From positions 192,001 to 256,000 of the forward strand of contig JAHQWJ010000120.1 of the NCBI GenBank assembly GCA_029856125.1: a stretch of DNA of 64,000 nucleotides, read 5' to 3'. This DNA comes from Promethearchaeia archaeon. GTDB lineage: Archaea; Asgardarchaeota; Lokiarchaeia; Sigyniarchaeales; SOKP01. The position numbers and the translations under genes are program-made. Positions 58,834 to 64,000 of the stretch are shown here, one piece after another. The stretch's first letter is position 1. Each line of letters starts with the position of its first letter. The notes beneath the pieces were generated by a model, which saw nothing but the letters and a program-made list of their open reading frames with translations, ran no database searches and was not told the origin of the DNA.

Positions 58834-60837
58834 TTGAAATTCATAATGAAAGATTTTGAATTTAAGAATATCCCATCGAATAATAAAGATCCAATAAATT
58901 TGGATGAGCTTGGAGAAATCTCTGAGCATTTTCTCCATCAAAATGAAGACGCTATAAATTTAACCGTTCCTGAAATATTAACTCCAATTAAAAGGGGCTT
59001 AAAGAGGTATTATCACCCTCCAAGAAGTTTTGGACATACAGCAGGTATAAATTGTTTAGATATCAGTTCAAATGGCAAATACCTAGTAAGTGGATCAAAT
59101 GACACTACGGTAAAGTTATGGGATTTTAAACGTGGATGTCATTTACTTACATTTAATGGACATCAAAGTTCTATTTACTCTGTATTATTTATAGATAGCT
59201 TAAATATTATTTTGAGTGGTTCTGGAGATTCTGCAATAAAAATTTGGAACTTAAATTCGGGGAACTTAATAGATTCAATTTATACTTCAAATAATGGTTT
59301 TATTCAATCATTAAAATTTTCGAAGAGAACTGGCCATATAATCGTGGGATTACATAATGAGCGTGATTATCGTGGGTGGACCGAAGTATGGGATTTAAAA
59401 AGAAGGAAATTAGAAAATGTAATCGAACCAGATTTTGAAGCATCACGGGCTTTTACACCTACATCTGATTATAAATATTTAATTGGAGTTTCAAATTATG
59501 GATCAGATTTAGTAATTTTAGACTTTAAATCTGGTCATCCTGTAAATGTTTTGAAAAATTTAATTGAACCACCTAAATATGAAGGAGGAGAAAAGGATTT
59601 TATTAGTGATTTCGTAGTATCTCATGATTGTAAATACATCTTTATCTCAACTTACTCCAATCTATTAAAAAAAATAGATATTTTATCAGGAGAAATTCTT
59701 AATTCAGTTCAGATTCGTGGGTTGAGAAACCTGAAAATTCTCCCGCCTGGTAAGTTATTAGCTGAAGTTCGTTCTGAGTTACAAATACGAGATATTAATT
59801 CTCTGGAAATAATTAATAGAATAGAGAATCCACATAAAAAAGGAATGAATTATTTGATATTCACGCCAGATATTAAATATCTAATCTCTGCTGGGACACA
59901 GATTATAGTAACTGAGCTATCAAGTGGAAATGTAGTTAATCAATTTGGAAAAGGTTCTTTTATGAGCGATACTGAACTTGTTAGGGATGATAAAGTAATC
60001 AGTATTGTTGACGATATACTTCTATATTGGGATATAAATGATGGAAATGTAATTAAAAAAGTTCCTACTAAACCTAAAACAATTGAACCTCATACCTCAA
60101 CAAATGGTAAATATTTCTCTACATATGTTGACACCTCCTCTTTCTCAGGAGCAGATATCTGGGAAATCGACAAATTAGAATGCATACACAACATTAAAGA
60201 TTATTATATAATGGATTTCAATGATAAAGGTACACTATGTGCATGTAATCCAAGCATAAGTCTCTCATCATATAGTTGGAGTAAGCAACAAAAAAAAGGA
60301 TTAATTTCAATATTAGAAATCCCTTCAGGTAAAATCAAATTTTCAGTAAAAGTTCATGACGATAGTATTAAAGATATTAAGTTTTCTCCAAAAAAGAAAT
60401 TGATTGCCAGTACTTCTTATGATAAAACAATAAAAATATGGGATTATCAGACTGGCAAAATTATTCACAATATTAAGGATTATAGGGATGTAAGGAAATT
60501 ATTCTTTTCCCCTGATGGTAAATATCTAGTTGGAGGAGACAGAAATGGAAATTTTACATTCTGGGAAATATCCAATGGGAAGGAATTTAAGCAGATAAGT
60601 GGTCGGGGAGATAATGCTAAATACTTGTGTTTCTCCCATGATGGTAAATTTATTGCTTTTAGCAGATCTAAAAATAGCGTAATTGTTAAGAATTTTAAAG
60701 AGGATATATCTTATGGCCCATTCAACCATTTTTCTGGAATCTATAAAATTGCATTTTCAAAAAATGATGAGTTTTTAATTACTATCACTCATAATGGAAA
60801 TCTTTATTTATGGGATTTTTTACATCTCTTAAATTGA
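58834..60837 (+). CDS. WD40-repeat protein (probably two propellers)
   Basis: GH...LVSGSNDTTVKLWD, SGSGDSAIKIWN and IASTSYDKTIKIWD repeats. Confidence 0.92.
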   Translation: MKFIMKDFEFKNIPSNNKDPINLDELGEISEHFLHQNEDAINLTVPEILTPIKRGLKRYYHPPRSFGHTAGINCLDISSNGKYLVSGSNDTTVKLWDFKRGCHLLTFNGHQSSIYSVLFIDSLNIILSGSGDSAIKIWNLNSGNLIDSIYTSNNGFIQSLKFSKRTGHIIVGLHNERDYRGWTEVWDLKRRKLENVIEPDFEASRAFTPTSDYKYLIGVSNYGSDLVILDFKSGHPVNVLKNLIEPPKYEGGEKDFISDFVVSHDCKYIFISTYSNLLKKIDILSGEILNSVQIRGLRNLKILPPGKLLAEVRSELQIRDINSLEIINRIENPHKKGMNYLIFTPDIKYLISAGTQIIVTELSSGNVVNQFGKGSFMSDTELVRDDKVISIVDDILLYWDINDGNVIKKVPTKPKTIEPHTSTNGKYFSTYVDTSSFSGADIWEIDKLECIHNIKDYYIMDFNDKGTLCACNPSISLSSYSWSKQQKKGLISILEIPSGKIKFSVKVHDDSIKDIKFSPKKKLIASTSYDKTIKIWDYQTGKIIHNIKDYRDVRKLFFSPDGKYLVGGDRNGNFTFWEISNGKEFKQISGRGDNAKYLCFSHDGKFIAFSRSKNSVIVKNFKEDISYGPFNHFSGIYKIAFSKNDEFLITITHNGNLYLWDFLHLLN

Positions 60838-61006
60838 AAAATTATGATATTAATTTTTCTTAAAAAATATATTAGTACATCGCTATTTAGGCAGAATGTT
60901 AATATTATTTTTCCTTAGGATTATATACCTATCAAAAATACTTATTAGATGAAAGATTTTTTTTTTTGAATGTAAAATTCCAATGAATTTTTATTCGAAG
61001 GATAAA

Positions 61007-64000
61007 TTAAGCTTGGTATGCTTTTGCTGTGTCTCTTATGTAAACTCTAAAAACTTTTGTTTCTTTGTCGTAAAACACTGCGTCAATGTAGAGATCTTTG
61101 AAGTAAACGCTCCATATATGGTTTTGGTTTTTCGATTCAAAGTGTTCTCGATACAATGTTTTGTATCTTTCGTGTATCGATTGAAATAAATTCATTCGAG
61201 TAAACCCGCCTTGCTTTTTGAGAATAATTTCTTGTTGATTATCCCTTGGGAATGATGGTCGTAAGCGGATTTCTTCGTCTTCGATAATCATTTCGCTTGG
61301 ATTTACCAATTCGTTACGCCTTTTTTCTTGAGAATAATATGCAACCCGTAAGAGTCCGCCTTTAACGAGTTGAAATTCTATTTTATGTTGAATCTGAGCG
61401 ATTAATTCTAAAATGCGACGGTTAAATGTTTTATGGTTAAATGATTTTGTGAGACCGTCAATAACGGCCCCTCTCTGAACTGGTGGTAACTTTCTCACTT
61501 TTTCTGCGAATATTCTTCGCAGTTCCTCGTCAAAATATTCGTACAGAATGTAGCAAGGTATGAGTTGATGGTCGAAATATTTCATAAGCGTCTCGTGTCC
61601 TAAATAATTAAGTAGGTTATTCAGAAATGGCGAATTATCTCGAGTCATCATCTCTTTAAACTCTTCTAACGGTAATAACTTGTAAAAATTGTACATTAGA
61701 AGCGGAAAAACTGTCACTATAGACGGAAACTCGAATAACTCTTTTACCTGACGCTTCATCGTTGCTTTATATCTATCTCCCTCCAAGCTTAGCTGTTCAA
61801 GGAACCCAAAAAGTTCTTTAAGAACTGCTAAATGATTGTAACATGTTTCCCCTTCAAGTGTAATATCGTGACGGAGGTCGAATATTTCTTTTAAAAGCGA
61901 ACGATCCTCGTTTAGAAGTTGTTCTGAAAACTCATCTCTACTAACTAAGTTTAACTCTTCAAGTAGGGCATCAAAATCTGTTTTTAAATAATTCTTTTCT
62001 CGAGCGTCAACATGCGTAGTAAGTCTTTTTACTATTATAGGTTCGTATTTCTTTCCGAATTGATGCAAAAACCCGTTGCCAATTAAATACACGACAACAT
62101 TCTCGATGTCGTTGTCCATCCACACCTCTAATAGCGTTTTTTTCTGTTCCCTTGTTAAATACCTAAGGTATCTTTTTTTGAGCAAAAATTTAATCGTGCG
62201 CTCAGAGAACGTTTGAAACCTTTTCATAATCGCTAGTTGAAGTGATGCTATCGAATGGTCTATCGGCAACTCTTCTGCATGGGGATATAATCCATTACAA
62301 CTCTGCGTAAATAATTCTTTACCACTCGGTGTAAATTGCTCTTCAACGAAACGAGTGACGGAATTGATTATATCGCTCCTTTTGGATAAATTACTATCGC
62401 TTAACATTGCCGTCAAGTTAGGTAAAAATTCCGAATCTGTATCTTTACACAATTTTTCGTAATCTACACCCTCTAAAAATTGTGTGAAGCCGTATCGCAC
62501 GAGTAATATGAAAATGTTGAAGGTAGTGAAATCGAACATATCATATAAAATCTTGCTTATCTCTCGATTTAAAGCGAACTTCAATAATTCGTAAAATTCT
62601 TTGATTTCTAATTCAATTTCGCAGTTTAAGCCTGCAACGATATTCTCCCAGGAAAATTGGGGCAACTTAAAAAAATCGCGGATTAACGCTTTTGGATTGT
62701 TGTGCGCTTTCTCTTCTAAGTCTTTTAACGAATAAACTTCCACTTTAGGGAAACCGTTGGAAAAAACTTGGTAATCATATCTTTTAAGCACGCTTTTTAC
62801 TTCCAATCCGTTCTTGTCGATTTGTTCCGGTTTTTTTTTCATATAATCCCAAATATACGCGTGACCGTTGAGATCTACGACCATTAAAAGCTTATCGTTA
62901 TTAATAAATCCAATTTGGGAAATTTTAGCTAAGTGCGTAAACGGTCCAAAAACAACTCCTTTTGCAAAGTTCCAGATAAACGCTTCCTTCCCGCCACCGC
63001 TTGCAAAATACTCGCCCATTGGGGTAAAGGCAAATTGGCTAAAATTACCAGCCTTTACTCGTAATTTTCTTATCTCTTTTCCATCTTCTGCGTCCCAGAA
63101 GGTAATATTAGGCGGTCCACGCCACGAAGAACCTCCAACAAGTACTTTACCGTCGGGAGAGAATGCTAACGGTCGACCCTTTGAGTAGCTTTCGATGATA
63201 AGCGTTATTTCTCCGGTGCGATAATTCCATATTTTGACGGTTCTGTCGTACGAACTACTGGCTACGCGTACGTTATCGGGAGAGAACGCAATTCCGCTTA
63301 CGTAATCAGAATGGATTTTTACCGACGAGAGAACTTTTTTAGAAGGTAGCTCGATTACAACTATTACTCCCTTATCTTTTTCCTCTCTGGTGGAAGAAAA
63401 AGAATAAATTTTCCAAGGAGTTCCAGCCAGTAAATTTCCGGCTTCGTTAAAGCAATGAATGGAGAAATCTGAAATTTCGGTAACAAGCGTAAACGAAGTT
63501 AAATCCCATAGTTGATGTGAGGCTCTGTAGGAGCTAACAATTCCCGTAGTAAAGTAATCGCCTTTTGCAGAAGTGTAAAGACTACGCGACTCCGATTTTA
63601 CCAACCAGTGCTTAATTACATCGCCTGTGAGAACATCCCAATAAAAAATTTCGTCGTTTACGAGCGTTACCGCGAAATTACCTTTTACTTTGTTTGTAGA
63701 ACAACGCGTCTTTAACCCCCCTAGCGACCCGAGGTATTTTTTTCCTCGGTAATCCCACTCACTAATTTGAGTATTCATTCCACAAAAAAGGCGTTTCATA
63801 TCGGGTGTTAAGACGATATCGCGAATATAACCGCGATACTCTCCTGGTGCTGGACCAATCAACCTTTCTTCAAGCTCTAACGAATACGGATTTAAGATTG
63901 CCACGTTATACCCCTGAGCAATTGCTAACTTGCCGTTGCGAAGTACTTTCGTCCAAAATCTCCCGCCTATCTCCTTAGAAAACATAATCTTCCCGGTTCG
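61007..64000 (-). CDS. Large WD40-repeat protein with helical middle and small C-terminal domain, 5'-partial
   Basis: Frame is open to the window end (RTGKIM...). VASSSYDRTVKIWN and FSPDGKVLVGG repeats; about 600-aa non-WD tail. Confidence 0.88.
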   Translation of the reverse strand, partial: RTGKIMFSKEIGGRFWTKVLRNGKLAIAQGYNVAILNPYSLELEERLIGPAPGEYRGYIRDIVLTPDMKRLFCGMNTQISEWDYRGKKYLGSLGGLKTRCSTNKVKGNFAVTLVNDEIFYWDVLTGDVIKHWLVKSESRSLYTSAKGDYFTTGIVSSYRASHQLWDLTSFTLVTEISDFSIHCFNEAGNLLAGTPWKIYSFSSTREEKDKGVIVVIELPSKKVLSSVKIHSDYVSGIAFSPDNVRVASSSYDRTVKIWNYRTGEITLIIESYSKGRPLAFSPDGKVLVGGSSWRGPPNITFWDAEDGKEIRKLRVKAGNFSQFAFTPMGEYFASGGGKEAFIWNFAKGVVFGPFTHLAKISQIGFINNDKLLMVVDLNGHAYIWDYMKKKPEQIDKNGLEVKSVLKRYDYQVFSNGFPKVEVYSLKDLEEKAHNNPKALIRDFFKLPQFSWENIVAGLNCEIELEIKEFYELLKFALNREISKILYDMFDFTTFNIFILLVRYGFTQFLEGVDYEKLCKDTDSEFLPNLTAMLSDSNLSKRSDIINSVTRFVEEQFTPSGKELFTQSCNGLYPHAEELPIDHSIASLQLAIMKRFQTFSERTIKFLLKKRYLRYLTREQKKTLLEVWMDNDIENVVVYLIGNGFLHQFGKKYEPIIVKRLTTHVDAREKNYLKTDFDALLEELNLVSRDEFSEQLLNEDRSLLKEIFDLRHDITLEGETCYNHLAVLKELFGFLEQLSLEGDRYKATMKRQVKELFEFPSIVTVFPLLMYNFYKLLPLEEFKEMMTRDNSPFLNNLLNYLGHETLMKYFDHQLIPCYILYEYFDEELRRIFAEKVRKLPPVQRGAVIDGLTKSFNHKTFNRRILELIAQIQHKIEFQLVKGGLLRVAYYSQEKRRNELVNPSEMIIEDEEIRLRPSFPRDNQQEIILKKQGGFTRMNLFQSIHERYKTLYREHFESKNQNHIWSVYFKDLYIDAVFYDKETKVFRVYIRDTAKAYQA

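Noticed and set aside
2463-63188. Numerous short antisense or overlapping ORFs in the track (e.g. 2463-2660, 11327-11668, 21477-21800, 30165-30638, 45143-45325, 56003-56251, 62868-63188)
   Set aside because: They lie within or opposite well-supported genes or tRNAs and have no recognisable motifs; treated as shadow ORFs.
1-64000. CRISPR array, rRNA, transposase or provirus
   Set aside because: No regularly spaced direct repeats, rRNA-like sequence or mobile-element proteins were seen.

Overview
AT-rich, gene-dense chromosomal segment from an Asgard archaeon, most consistent with Lokiarchaeia. The assignment is an inference from an ESCRT-II/Vps4/ESCRT-III cluster, Roadblock-, longin-, HEAT-LRR-, TPR- and WD40-domain proteins, archaeal tRNAs and AGGTGA-type RBSs. 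1-24 kb holds anaerobic catabolic genes: Ldh_2 oxidoreductase, CDF transporter, CrtI-like FAD enzyme plus FNR-2Fe2S reductase, GH29 fucosidase, a sulfatase flanked by two QueG/RdhA-like Fe-S proteins (one with an in-frame TAA), DUF169, AOR, 4-hydroxybutyryl-CoA dehydratase, and a GlcD-like/ETF/MtnA operon. 24-47 kb holds housekeeping and eukaryotic-signature genes: Dus, GlgP, NDP-sugar synthase, CyaB, NOP2/RsmB, NIP7, wHTH plus 7TM-longin, the ESCRT cluster, tRNA-Gly(GCC) with a non-canonical 27/28 BHB intron, tRNA-Val(GAC) and Pgk. 47-64 kb holds a MoxR-AAA/zincin-VWA pair, larB/larC/nikR, an atypical histone next to a multi-hairpin non-coding tract, a HddA-like kinase and two convergent WD40 paralogues. 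No CRISPR array, rRNA or transposase/integrase was seen. All assignments come from motif recognition by eye; no database searches were run.
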